Positions 27,580-36,412 of a stretch of DNA of 63,637 bases are shown one piece after another. The first letter of the stretch is position 1. Each line of letters opens with the position of its first letter. Where the stretch lies: assembly GCA_964418095.1 (NCBI GenBank), contig CAYQKM010000004.1, positions 1 to 63,637 of the forward strand. Reading direction: 5' to 3'. The notes under the pieces were generated by a model that was not told the DNA's origin, did not search any database, and was given only the letters and a program-made list of their open reading frames with translations. Source of the DNA: Candidatus Woesearchaeota archaeon (GTDB lineage Archaea > Nanobdellota > Nanobdellia > Pacearchaeales > GW2011-AR1). Position numbers and translations under genes: made by a program.

Positions 27580-28233
27580 ATGGCAAAAGGAAAAGAAATT
27601 TCAATTATTGTGATTGTCTCAATAATAACTGCATTTGCAATTGCCTTAAGCCCTTCATTCTCCTTAAACTTAAAATTTTTCTTAATGGCTCTCCTAAGTG
27701 TGTTCCTAATATTATGTATAAACGTGCTCACAAAAAAAGCAACAGCATACTTTTTAGAATCTGAAATAGAGATAAAGCTATGGGAAATAAGAAGATATGG
27801 ATTTAAAACAAGTGATAAACTAAAAAATGCATTTCCATTAGGGATCTTTCTTCCTTTAATCTCAAAAATATTCTTTTTTGCTTTAAATGGATTTGTTTGG
27901 ATGAGCTCTATTGTATTTGATGTAAAAGCAAAGGCGTATCGTGCTGCAAAAAGACATGGAATCTACTCTTTTTCAGAAATGACTGAAGAGCATATTGGAA
28001 GAATAGCTGCAATCGGAATAGTCGTTAATCTTATTCTTGCATTTATATTCTACATTATAGGGGGAGAGTTTGGGATAATTTTTGCTAAACTAAATATCTG
28101 GTTTGTATTCTTCAATATGATACCTATTTCTGATTTAGATGGAAATAAAATCTTTTTTGGAAATTTAGTTGTTTGGAGCTTCCTTGCTGTAGTAACTTTA
28201 ATTGGATTAGGCTACACATTCTTACTAACTTAA
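27580..28233 (+). CDS. polytopic membrane protein with M50 (site-2 protease)-like C-terminal motif, no clear HExxH
   Basis: FFNMIPISDLDGNKIF resembles the NxxPxxxLDG motif of M50 peptidases. No HExxH is visible; the nearest match is EEHIG. Confidence 0.4.
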   Translation: MAKGKEISIIVIVSIITAFAIALSPSFSLNLKFFLMALLSVFLILCINVLTKKATAYFLESEIEIKLWEIRRYGFKTSDKLKNAFPLGIFLPLISKIFFFALNGFVWMSSIVFDVKAKAYRAAKRHGIYSFSEMTEEHIGRIAAIGIVVNLILAFIFYIIGGEFGIIFAKLNIWFVFFNMIPISDLDGNKIFFGNLVVWSFLAVVTLIGLGYTFLLT

Positions 28234-28336
28234 AAAATTTAAGAAAATAAGAACAATCTAAGATGGTATTTTAAAACTAATTCAATTTAAAAAGTAAAAG
28301 AGTAATTTATAAAAATAATTAAGTTCGAAAAATAAA

Positions 28337-29896
28337 ATGGAATATTTAAAAAACATTTCTCCAAGAAAATATCAAAGAGAGATATTTGAAACTTGCAAAG
28401 AAAAAAATTGCTTAGTTGTCCTTCCAACAGGATTAGGAAAAACACTAATTGCATTAATGTTAACAATTGAAAGAATGAAGAGTTTTCCAGGTGAAAGAGT
28501 GTTATTCCTTGCTCCCACCAGGCCATTAGCAGAGCAACACTTAAAATATTTTAAAAAAAATCTTCCAGAACTGTTTGGAGATATACAATTATTTACTGGA
28601 ACAGTCAATGCAGAAAATAGAAAAAAGATCTGGCAAACAGCAGATATAATCTTTTCCACACCCCAATGCATTGCAAATGATTTAAAAAAAGGACTATACA
28701 ATCTAAAAGAGGTTTGCCTACTTATAGAAGATGAAGCACACAGGTGCATAAAAAATTATGATTATAAATATATTGCAGAAAAATACAAAGAGCAGTCACA
28801 ACATCCAAGAATAATAGGACTAACTGCTTCTCCTGGAAGTGAAAAATCTAAAATAAAAGAAATTTGTAAAAACCTTTCAATAGAAGAAGTTGAGTTAAGA
28901 ACAAGGGAAAGCTCAGATGTTAAGCAACACTTACAAGAATTAGAATTTGAAAAAAGACTAGTAGATTTCCCAGCAGAGTTCCAAGAAATTAAACATGTGT
29001 TATTAAAATTATTTGATGAATACATTTCAGAATTAAGATCACGAAAAGTTCTCTTTGGCCCTGCTTCTAAAACAGAATTAATAAATTTACAGAAGAAAAT
29101 ATCCAGTACAATAAGTTCTAACTATAAAAATTTTAATTATATGATGGGGGCAAGTGCATGTGCACAAGCAATAAAACTACAGCATGCATTAGAATTGCTA
29201 GAAACACAAACACTAGAAGGATTTTACAAATACCTTCAAGGATTATTTAATCAAGCTGTAAAAAAACAAAGTAGAGGAGTGGTTAAATTAGTTTCAAAAC
29301 CAGAATTTAATTTCATTTATTCTCAAACAAATGAATTGCTTGCAAAAAATATTGAACATCCTAAAATCCAAGAACTAATGAACATTTTAGAAAAAGAAAA
29401 ACAAGAAAATGAAAACCTAAAAATGATTATATTTACACAGTTTAGAGAAACAGCTACAAACATCTCCAAAAAAATAAATAAAATAAAAGGCATAAAGTCA
29501 AAAATATTTATTGGACAAGCAAAAAAAGAAGATTCTGGAGGGTTAAACCAAAAACAGCAAAAGAAGATAATTGAGGAATTTTCTGAGGGAAAAATAAATG
29601 TTTTATGTGCAACATGTATTGCTGAAGAAGGGTTAGATATTCCAGAAGTGAATATTGTAGTCTTTTATGAGCCAATACCCTCTGCAATAAGGACAATACA
29701 AAGAACAGGGAGAACAGCAAGGTTAATGAAAGGAAAATTAATTATGCTCATTACAAGAAAAACAAGAGACGAATCTTTTTTTTATGTTGCAAAATCAAGG
29801 GAGAAAAAAATGAAATCTGCAATAGAAAGTATCAAAGAAGATTTAAATAAAGGAGATGGAATCTACTCAATTAAAGGAGAGTATCAAAAAAGCTAG
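28337..29896 (+). CDS. hef: Hef-type SF2 helicase (helicase part only)
   Basis: Motifs seen are PRKYQREI, motif I (LPTGLGKT), motif II (EDEAHRC), SASPG and motif VI (QRTGRTAR), with an inserted helical domain between the RecA lobes. Confidence 0.85.
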   Translation: MEYLKNISPRKYQREIFETCKEKNCLVVLPTGLGKTLIALMLTIERMKSFPGERVLFLAPTRPLAEQHLKYFKKNLPELFGDIQLFTGTVNAENRKKIWQTADIIFSTPQCIANDLKKGLYNLKEVCLLIEDEAHRCIKNYDYKYIAEKYKEQSQHPRIIGLTASPGSEKSKIKEICKNLSIEEVELRTRESSDVKQHLQELEFEKRLVDFPAEFQEIKHVLLKLFDEYISELRSRKVLFGPASKTELINLQKKISSTISSNYKNFNYMMGASACAQAIKLQHALELLETQTLEGFYKYLQGLFNQAVKKQSRGVVKLVSKPEFNFIYSQTNELLAKNIEHPKIQELMNILEKEKQENENLKMIIFTQFRETATNISKKINKIKGIKSKIFIGQAKKEDSGGLNQKQQKKIIEEFSEGKINVLCATCIAEEGLDIPEVNIVVFYEPIPSAIRTIQRTGRTARLMKGKLIMLITRKTRDESFFYVAKSREKKMKSAIESIKEDLNKGDGIYSIKGEYQKS

Positions 29897-29897
29897 A

Positions 29898-30614
29898 ATG
29901 AAAACAATTAATTCGCCTGTATTTTTAAATATCTTTACTAAAAAAGAATCTACTAAGAAAAATAAAAAAAGCAGCAAAGATAAAAACACAAAAGAGATTA
30001 TCCAAATTGACTATAGAGAAAAAAATTCTTTAGTTGCATCTTACATAATGAAAGAAGGATTAGAAATAGAATTCAAGGAATTGAAAGTAGGAGACTATAT
30101 TGTAAAAGACACAGTAATAGAAAGGAAAACAGTTTCTGATTTTGTTTCATCAATGATAAACCAGAGATTACTAAATCAAATCGAAGAACTGAAACAATAT
30201 AAAAATAAATTAATAATAATTGAAGGGGTTTCTGAAAGAGAGCTTTATTCTGAAGAAGACTCTAGTGTAAATTCAAATGCAATAAGAGGATTTTTACTAT
30301 CAATAGTGCTAAAACATAAAATACCTTTAATACTCTCAAAGAATGCAGAAGACACAGCAAAATTTATCTCTGTATTATATAAAAAAAGAGAAAAGGGGTT
30401 AAAACTAAATGCAAAAAAGAAAATACTAAACAGGGATGAGCAATTACAATTTATTATAGAAGGGTTCCCAGGAGTTGGCCCAAAAAAATCAAGAGCATTA
30501 TTAGAAAAATTTGGCTCAATCCAAAATATTATTCTGGCTCCTACAGATGAATTAGAAAAAATTCTTGGCTCTAAAGGTCGGCAAATACGAGAAATTATTG
30601 AAAGAAAATACTAA
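29898..30614 (+). CDS. ERCC4/XPF-type nuclease with C-terminal HhH2 (Hef nuclease part)
   Basis: It has the ERCC4 signature (VGDYIVKDTVIERKTVSDFVSS) and an HhH2 (GFPGVGPKKSRALLEKFGS). An alternative ATG at 29856 would overlap the helicase ORF by 41 nt. Confidence 0.8.
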   Translation: MKTINSPVFLNIFTKKESTKKNKKSSKDKNTKEIIQIDYREKNSLVASYIMKEGLEIEFKELKVGDYIVKDTVIERKTVSDFVSSMINQRLLNQIEELKQYKNKLIIIEGVSERELYSEEDSSVNSNAIRGFLLSIVLKHKIPLILSKNAEDTAKFISVLYKKREKGLKLNAKKKILNRDEQLQFIIEGFPGVGPKKSRALLEKFGSIQNIILAPTDELEKILGSKGRQIREIIERKY

Positions 30615-30663
30615 AATAAATTACACAAACTTAAAGATAAATTACAGCTTTATTTTAATGCTT

Positions 30664-31185
30664 TTACTTTAATAGGTATTCCTCTAATACAAAATAATTT
30701 GGGCCTTCTTTTTTTAATTTAGATTCCATCAAATAAAACCTATCTACAATAAAAAACAATTTAGAGTACTTTATTGAATGCAATTCATCTAAAAACAATT
30801 TTTTGTTTTTTAATTGCTTTACTCTTGCTATTGTTAAATGTGCTGTAAATTTTCTTTCCTTCCCAAACATTCCATTCAATGCTTTATCTACTTCTTTTTG
30901 AAGATTTTCGCAATTGGAAAGGTTTATCCAAATAATTCCATTCTTAGGGTTATCAAAAAAACCAATCTCACCTAGAATAACATCAAATTTAGAAAAATCA
31001 ATTTGACTTAACTGAGATTTAATTTTCTCAATATCCACAGAAGAAACACTTCCTAAAAACTTTAAAGTTAAGTGGATATTTTTAAGTTCAGTTTTCTTTC
31101 CAACAAAGTTTGGAAGAGAATCCTGTATTTCTTTAATTTTTACTAAAATTTTAGGGGGAACCTTAATAGAAACAAATAATCTCAT
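30664..31185 (-). CDS. thpR: RNA 2',3'-cyclic phosphodiesterase (2H family, LigT/ThpR)
   Basis: It carries the two HxTx motifs HLTLKFLG and HLTIARV, about 80 aa apart. Confidence 0.8.
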   Translation of the reverse strand: MRLFVSIKVPPKILVKIKEIQDSLPNFVGKKTELKNIHLTLKFLGSVSSVDIEKIKSQLSQIDFSKFDVILGEIGFFDNPKNGIIWINLSNCENLQKEVDKALNGMFGKERKFTAHLTIARVKQLKNKKLFLDELHSIKYSKLFFIVDRFYLMESKLKKEGPNYFVLEEYLLK

Positions 31186-31218
31186 TTTAAAATATAAATC
31201 CCATTTTAATTTATAACC

Positions 31219-32034
31219 TTAAATCAATTCAGCAAGTATCTTTGCTCCAATCCCAATTGTTAATTTATCTCTATCTTTTAAATGGTTTATTTCTACTATA
31301 TCTATTGCCCTAAGTTTTTTTATTTTATTTATTCTCTGGATTAAATAAAGAATCTGTCTGCTTGATAATCCCCCTATTTCTGGACACTCTACTCCTGGAG
31401 CAAAAACCGGATCAAGGACACTAATATCAATAGACAAATACAACTCCTTTTGACTTGAAAAATCCATAATAACCTCACAAATTTCCTCAATGTTTTCTAT
31501 AAGGAAATTCAAAGAAATTTTATTTAATTTATTCTTTTTTAAAAATTCTTCTTCTTCATTATTCTGATTTCTAACTCCAACAAGAAGAATATTTTCAGGA
31601 GGAAATCCCTCTTCAACTAATTTCTTCAACCAATTGCGGTTAGTTGGAAAAATCAAATTCTTTTTATCAGAAGAATTACAGTCTGCACGAGAATCAAAAA
31701 TAATTAGGCAAGGTTTTTTGTTTTCCTCTTTGACATGTTCTAAAAAAGATTTGCAAAGAGAATATGAAATAGAGTGGTCTCCTCCTAAAAATACGACTTT
31801 TGGTTTAGAAAAATAAATCTCTAAAGAGTTTTTATATATCAAATCATTAGTTAATTTAAGATTTGAATTATCCAAATGTATTTCTTCTAAATCTAACATT
31901 TTAGTATTAAGGGGGTTTCCAATCTCATTAGAGTAAACTCTCTCCTTTAGAAATTTCAAAATTTCATTTCCAGATTTCTCGCATCCTTTAGTATCAACAC
32001 TTCCATTTACTCCTGGGACTTTAACAACAAACAT
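31219..32034 (-). CDS. arginase/agmatinase-family ureohydrolase with atypical metal motif
   Basis: The track start is TTG and the ATG is at 32034. Motifs seen are GGDHSISY, SIDISVLDPVFAPG and DIVEIN. The DAHxD block reads FDSRAD, so the His is replaced by Arg. Confidence 0.65.
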   Translation of the reverse strand: MFVVKVPGVNGSVDTKGCEKSGNEILKFLKERVYSNEIGNPLNTKMLDLEEIHLDNSNLKLTNDLIYKNSLEIYFSKPKVVFLGGDHSISYSLCKSFLEHVKEENKKPCLIIFDSRADCNSSDKKNLIFPTNRNWLKKLVEEGFPPENILLVGVRNQNNEEEEFLKKNKLNKISLNFLIENIEEICEVIMDFSSQKELYLSIDISVLDPVFAPGVECPEIGGLSSRQILYLIQRINKIKKLRAIDIVEINHLKDRDKLTIGIGAKILAELI

Positions 32035-32076
32035 CAAGATAAAACGAAAGTTCTCTTTTTAAGATTATTGTGAGAA

Positions 32077-33282
32077 CTACTTGGGAACAAGTGCAAAAAA
32101 GCTATATTTCTGTATTGCCCTTTTTGCTAAATCTTTAACATCTTCTAATTTAACATTCAAAATCTCTTTCTCAAAATTATAAATATTTTTTGCGTTTTCA
32201 AAAATCTCATAGGATAAAAGGTTAACCATCTGTTCTTGTGAGCCCTCTCTAGAAATCTGGTAATTGCTAATTAACCGTTCCTTAATCTGGATTAATTCTT
32301 TTTCTCCAAGGGATTTTGAAACCTTATTAAACTCTTCTAAAATTAATTTTTTTACTTTCATAACATTCTCCTTCATTGTTCCAACATAAATTAAGTTATA
32401 TGCAAAATTTCTATTTGTATTAGAATCTCCTCTAACAGAATAAGCCAAATTTCTTTTTTCTCGTATTTCTGCAAATAATCTAGAAGACATCCCTCCTGCT
32501 AAAATTGCATTTAAAACAATTGCAGAATAAACTTTTTTATCTGTTGCTTTTGGAACATGATATGCAAAAATTAAGTTTGCCTGATCAATTCCAGTCCTTT
32601 TTTCTATTCTAACTCCATTTTTTAGACTAAATTTCTCAACATTTATTTTAGATTTAGAATTGTCAAAGTTTTCCTCAGCAAACTTAACTAATGTGTTAAA
32701 ATCTGCATCCCCTACAACACACAAGATAAGATTATTTGTAGTATATACTTCCTTATATTTTTTAATAATTTTTTCTCTTGAAATAGAATTCATTGTTTCA
32801 AATGTCCCTGCTAAATTTATTCCCATTGTCCCCCTATACAAAAGTTTTTGTATCTCGTCTAAAGAATACATTCTAGGATTATCTTTATACATTTTTATTT
32901 CCTCAAAAATAACTTTCCTCTCTTTTTCTAACTCCTCTTTATCAAACAAGGGATTTTTTATCATGTCAGATAAAACATCTAATGCAATACCCAAATGCTT
33001 TGAAGGCATTTTGCACCAATATGCTGTTATCTCTTCTGAAGTAAATCCATTTAAATCCCCCCCTCTTTTTTCTATTTCTTCTGCTATCTGTTTAGCATTT
33101 CTTGTTGGAGTTCCTTTATATAACATGTGCTCAATAAAATGAGATATTCCTTTTTCATTTGGCTTTTCATTAACTCCCCCATTTCTAACAGCAAATGCAA
33201 CACTAACTATAGGCAAATCTCTTTTTTCTAAAATAACAGTCATTCCGTTTTTAAGGACTTTTCTATAAAAATTTGTTTTCAT
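32077..33282 (-). CDS. M16-family (pitrilysin/insulinase-like) zinc peptidase
   Basis: It has the inverted zinc motif HxxEH in GISHFIEHMLYKGT. The length of about 400 aa fits a single M16 subunit. Confidence 0.85.
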   Translation of the reverse strand: MKTNFYRKVLKNGMTVILEKRDLPIVSVAFAVRNGGVNEKPNEKGISHFIEHMLYKGTPTRNAKQIAEEIEKRGGDLNGFTSEEITAYWCKMPSKHLGIALDVLSDMIKNPLFDKEELEKERKVIFEEIKMYKDNPRMYSLDEIQKLLYRGTMGINLAGTFETMNSISREKIIKKYKEVYTTNNLILCVVGDADFNTLVKFAEENFDNSKSKINVEKFSLKNGVRIEKRTGIDQANLIFAYHVPKATDKKVYSAIVLNAILAGGMSSRLFAEIREKRNLAYSVRGDSNTNRNFAYNLIYVGTMKENVMKVKKLILEEFNKVSKSLGEKELIQIKERLISNYQISREGSQEQMVNLLSYEIFENAKNIYNFEKEILNVKLEDVKDLAKRAIQKYSFFALVPK

Positions 33283-33346
33283 AATGTAAAAAAGAAAAGA
33301 GGCTATTTAAACTTAAACTTTTATATAAAGAAGTTAAATAATTTAA

Positions 33347-34162
33347 TTACAAGTTTTTGAATTTGAGATATCTTTCATTACCTATTTCAAAATCATCAAT
33401 TAATTCAAAGTTCTCTTTAATGAATTCAACTATCCATCTTCTAGTTACTCTAAATTTTTCTCTTTTAGCCAAGCTTCTAGTTGCAAAACTAACTACAATA
33501 AAATCAGCCAGGGGTGCTAATTCTTTAATAAGAGTTTTAGAGTAATTATCTTGAAGCATTTCTAATGAGTCAATAACTTTAAACAAGAATAAGAATTTTT
33601 TTGTCTTTTCTTTATTAAAGCCATTATTTAATATCAATTTTCTAATATTCTCTAGATTAAATAAGCTTTCATGTATCACCTTTCCTTCAAACCCGTTTTT
33701 ATCAAAATAATAATTAGTTAAACTAACCAATTGATTCATTCCCTCAACTCCAAAATAATTCACTTTCTGTGGAAAGTATTTGTAACTAAATCCATTTATC
33801 CCTGCACCCAAATCAAAAACAAGAGTTTTTGAGTCAAATTTATTTTTTGTACTGCTCTTTTTAATAGAATTTGTTTCTTGAAAAATCCTCTTATAAACTT
33901 CAGGATAATGCCTCAACCTCTCCCTTGTTGAAATGTGTTTATTTAATATCCACTCAGAATTCTTATTTCTAATATTTAGCAATTTTCTGCTCGTAAAAAC
34001 ACTAAAAACTTTTCTAAGCAAATCTCTAGTTAATTTAATTTTTTCTTCATCTAAATAAGAAGGTTTATCAAATTTATTAAGAGCTATTTCAATGTCTCTT
34101 TTTTTCAATTGAGAAAAGTCTTTTTTAAGTATTATTTTTTCAATTAATTCTTCTTTATTCAT
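33347..34162 (-). CDS. SAM-dependent methyltransferase resembling the FmrO/ArmA/Rmt 16S rRNA (G1405-N7) methyltransferase family
   Basis: 271 aa. Blocks seen are KHISTRERL (the family H-x-S-T-x-ER block), SAM motif I (LVFDLGAGINGFSY), FLFLFKVIDSLE, FIVVSFATRSLAKREKF and a C-terminal IGNERYL. From memory they are colinear with ArmA (IHSSTNER, ILDFGCGFNPLAL, VVFLLKMLPVL, FVISFPIKSLSGKEKG, IGNELVY). Confidence 0.55.
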   Translation of the reverse strand: MNKEELIEKIILKKDFSQLKKRDIEIALNKFDKPSYLDEEKIKLTRDLLRKVFSVFTSRKLLNIRNKNSEWILNKHISTRERLRHYPEVYKRIFQETNSIKKSSTKNKFDSKTLVFDLGAGINGFSYKYFPQKVNYFGVEGMNQLVSLTNYYFDKNGFEGKVIHESLFNLENIRKLILNNGFNKEKTKKFLFLFKVIDSLEMLQDNYSKTLIKELAPLADFIVVSFATRSLAKREKFRVTRRWIVEFIKENFELIDDFEIGNERYLKFKNL

Positions 34163-34195
34163 AAATTATTTAAGCTTATTTCCCTTAAAAAACAT

Positions 34196-35104
34196 ATGGT
34201 AGTCAATGCACATCCAGATTATATTGCAGCAGAAAAAGAATATTTTAAAGCTGTTTCAATTGAAGAGAAAATTGAAAAATTAAAAAAAATGATTTCTTTT
34301 GCCCCAGGACATAAGGGAGGGGAAAATTTAAGGGCCCACTTAAAGATAAGATTAAAAAAACTCTTAGATGAAAAAGAAAGAATAAAAAAAATTGGAAAGT
34401 CCTCTAAAGTCGGAATAAAAAAAGAAGATTTGCAAGCAGTAATTATTGGAAAAACAAACTCCGGAAAATCCTCTCTATTAAATCAATTAACAAATGCAAA
34501 GGTAGAAACCTCTCAAAATCATTTTTTAACAACCTCTCCAAAAATAGGAACAATGCACTACCAAGGAGCAAATGTTCAGATTATAGAAAATCCTGCAATA
34601 AATTCTGAATATTATGATAAAGGAATAACAAATACTGCAGACACATTAATAATTATTATAAATTCAATAAAAGACTTAGAAGAAATAGATAGAATTATCA
34701 CAGGAATAGTAAAAAATAAGATAATCGTATTAAATAAATCAGATACTCTTAATCAAGAAGAGAAAAGGAAGATTTCTTCAACACTCCAATCTAAAAAGTA
34801 TAATTTTGTTTTATTTTCTTCTTTAACTAAAGAAGGAAAAGAGACATTAAAAGAAAAAATATTTTCCTCATTTAATAAAATAAGAGTGTATACTAAAGAA
34901 CCGGGAAGAGAAAAATCAAAAAATCCAATAATTTTTGATCCTGGAGCAACAACAAGAGATGTTGCAGAAAAAATATTTACTGGCTTTTCAGAGAAAATTA
35001 AAGAAACCAAAATATGGGGACCTTCAAGTAAATTTCCTGGACAAGTTGTTGGGCTTAATCACAAACTAAAGGATTTAGACATTGTAGAGTTTAAAACAAG
35101 ATAA
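34196..35104 (+). CDS. DRG/Obg-family GTP-binding protein with C-terminal TGS domain
   Basis: It has G1 (IIGKTNSGKSSLLN), LNKSD (G4) and a TGS-like C-terminus (IRVYTKEPG...PIIFDPGATTRDVAEKI...FPGQVVGLNHKLKDLDIVEF). Confidence 0.8.
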   Translation: MVVNAHPDYIAAEKEYFKAVSIEEKIEKLKKMISFAPGHKGGENLRAHLKIRLKKLLDEKERIKKIGKSSKVGIKKEDLQAVIIGKTNSGKSSLLNQLTNAKVETSQNHFLTTSPKIGTMHYQGANVQIIENPAINSEYYDKGITNTADTLIIIINSIKDLEEIDRIITGIVKNKIIVLNKSDTLNQEEKRKISSTLQSKKYNFVLFSSLTKEGKETLKEKIFSSFNKIRVYTKEPGREKSKNPIIFDPGATTRDVAEKIFTGFSEKIKETKIWGPSSKFPGQVVGLNHKLKDLDIVEFKTR

Positions 35105-35203
35105 GATAATTATACAAAGCTTCTTAAAAATTATAAAATAACCATTAAAAAAACTATTTTAAACTCCTTAAATTTTTAAAAACATTCAAAAGATTAGAAA
35201 ACA

Positions 35204-36397
35204 ATGCTCATTGAGATAATTCTTTCTACAATTCTCGGGGTTCTCATAGGGACACTCACTGGAATAATTCCTGGGATTCATATGAACCTTGTCGGAGCAT
35301 TTCTTGTTACACTCTCTGCATCCACATTAAAAAACATCCCCTCAATATATCTTGTAATTTTTATTGTTGCTCTGGCAATTACTCACACCTTCATTGATTT
35401 TATTCCAAGTGTGTTTCTTGGATGCCCAGACACAGACACTGAACTTTCTATTCTCCCAGGGCATGAAATGCTAAAAAAAGGAAAAGGATACGAAGCAATA
35501 ATGAGGACAGCCTACGGAGGAATAGGAGCTGTAATAACTCTAATTGTTTTAGCTTTCCCACTCTCATTCTTATTATCTAAGACTTATCCAATAATCCAAA
35601 AAATAATTCCTTACATCTTAATAGCAGTTTGTATTCTTATGGTTCTCTTAGAAAGAAATAAATTCCAAGCAATTTTAGTATTGATTCTAACAGGAGTTTT
35701 AGGAACAACTGTTTTAAATTTAACCTTAAAAGAACCCTTGCTTCCTCTCCTAAGTGGATTATTTGGAAGTTCAATGCTCTTATTAAGTATAAAACAAAAA
35801 ACAAAAATACCTCCTCAAAAATTAACATTTGAAAAAATAAAATTTAAAAAAATATTAAAATCTCTTTCTGGAGTAATTGTTGCTTCTCCTTTATGCGGTT
35901 TTCTTCCGGGGTTAGGAGGAGGACAAGCAGCTGTAATTGCAAATCAAATCTCAAGAACAAATGAAAGAGATTTTCTCATACTTTTAGGAGCAGTTAACAC
36001 TCTTGTTATGGGACTCTCATTTGTTTCTCTATATAGCATTTCAAGAAAAAGAACAGGCGCAGCAGTAGCAATACAGGCATTATTGGGAGAAATAAACACC
36101 AACTCAATTATTCTGATACTTTTTGTTTGTTTAATCTCAGGAATACTTTCATTTTTCTTATTAAAAAAAATCTCCCTTATCTTCTTAAAGAACATTGTAA
36201 AAATAAATTATAATCAATTGTCCAAATACATCTTAATCTTCTTATCTATACTAATCTTAATCATCTCAGGGATATTAGGGTTTATTGTTTTTATAATTTC
36301 AACAGCAGCGGGGTTTTATTGCATTCAACTTAAAGTTAAAAAAACACAAATGATGGGTTGCTTACTCATACCCACAATTTTACTATATTTACTCTAG
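35204..36397 (+). CDS. polytopic membrane protein, TctA/DUF112-like transporter subunit
   Basis: 397 aa with at least 10 TM segments. Gly/Pro motifs (GIIPGIHMNLVGAFL and FLPGLGGGQAAVIA) are as in the TctA family. The call is from memory of the family pattern only. Confidence 0.45.
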   Translation: MLIEIILSTILGVLIGTLTGIIPGIHMNLVGAFLVTLSASTLKNIPSIYLVIFIVALAITHTFIDFIPSVFLGCPDTDTELSILPGHEMLKKGKGYEAIMRTAYGGIGAVITLIVLAFPLSFLLSKTYPIIQKIIPYILIAVCILMVLLERNKFQAILVLILTGVLGTTVLNLTLKEPLLPLLSGLFGSSMLLLSIKQKTKIPPQKLTFEKIKFKKILKSLSGVIVASPLCGFLPGLGGGQAAVIANQISRTNERDFLILLGAVNTLVMGLSFVSLYSISRKRTGAAVAIQALLGEINTNSIILILFVCLISGILSFFLLKKISLIFLKNIVKINYNQLSKYILIFLSILILIISGILGFIVFIISTAAGFYCIQLKVKKTQMMGCLLIPTILLYLL

Positions 36398-36412
36398 ACA
36401 ATTAGATATCAA

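Noticed and set aside
27580-28233. Calling this membrane protein an active M50 site-2 protease
   Set aside because: Only the C-terminal N-x-x-P-x-x-x-L-D-G-like motif is visible and no HExxH zinc motif can be found. It is reported only as M50-like.
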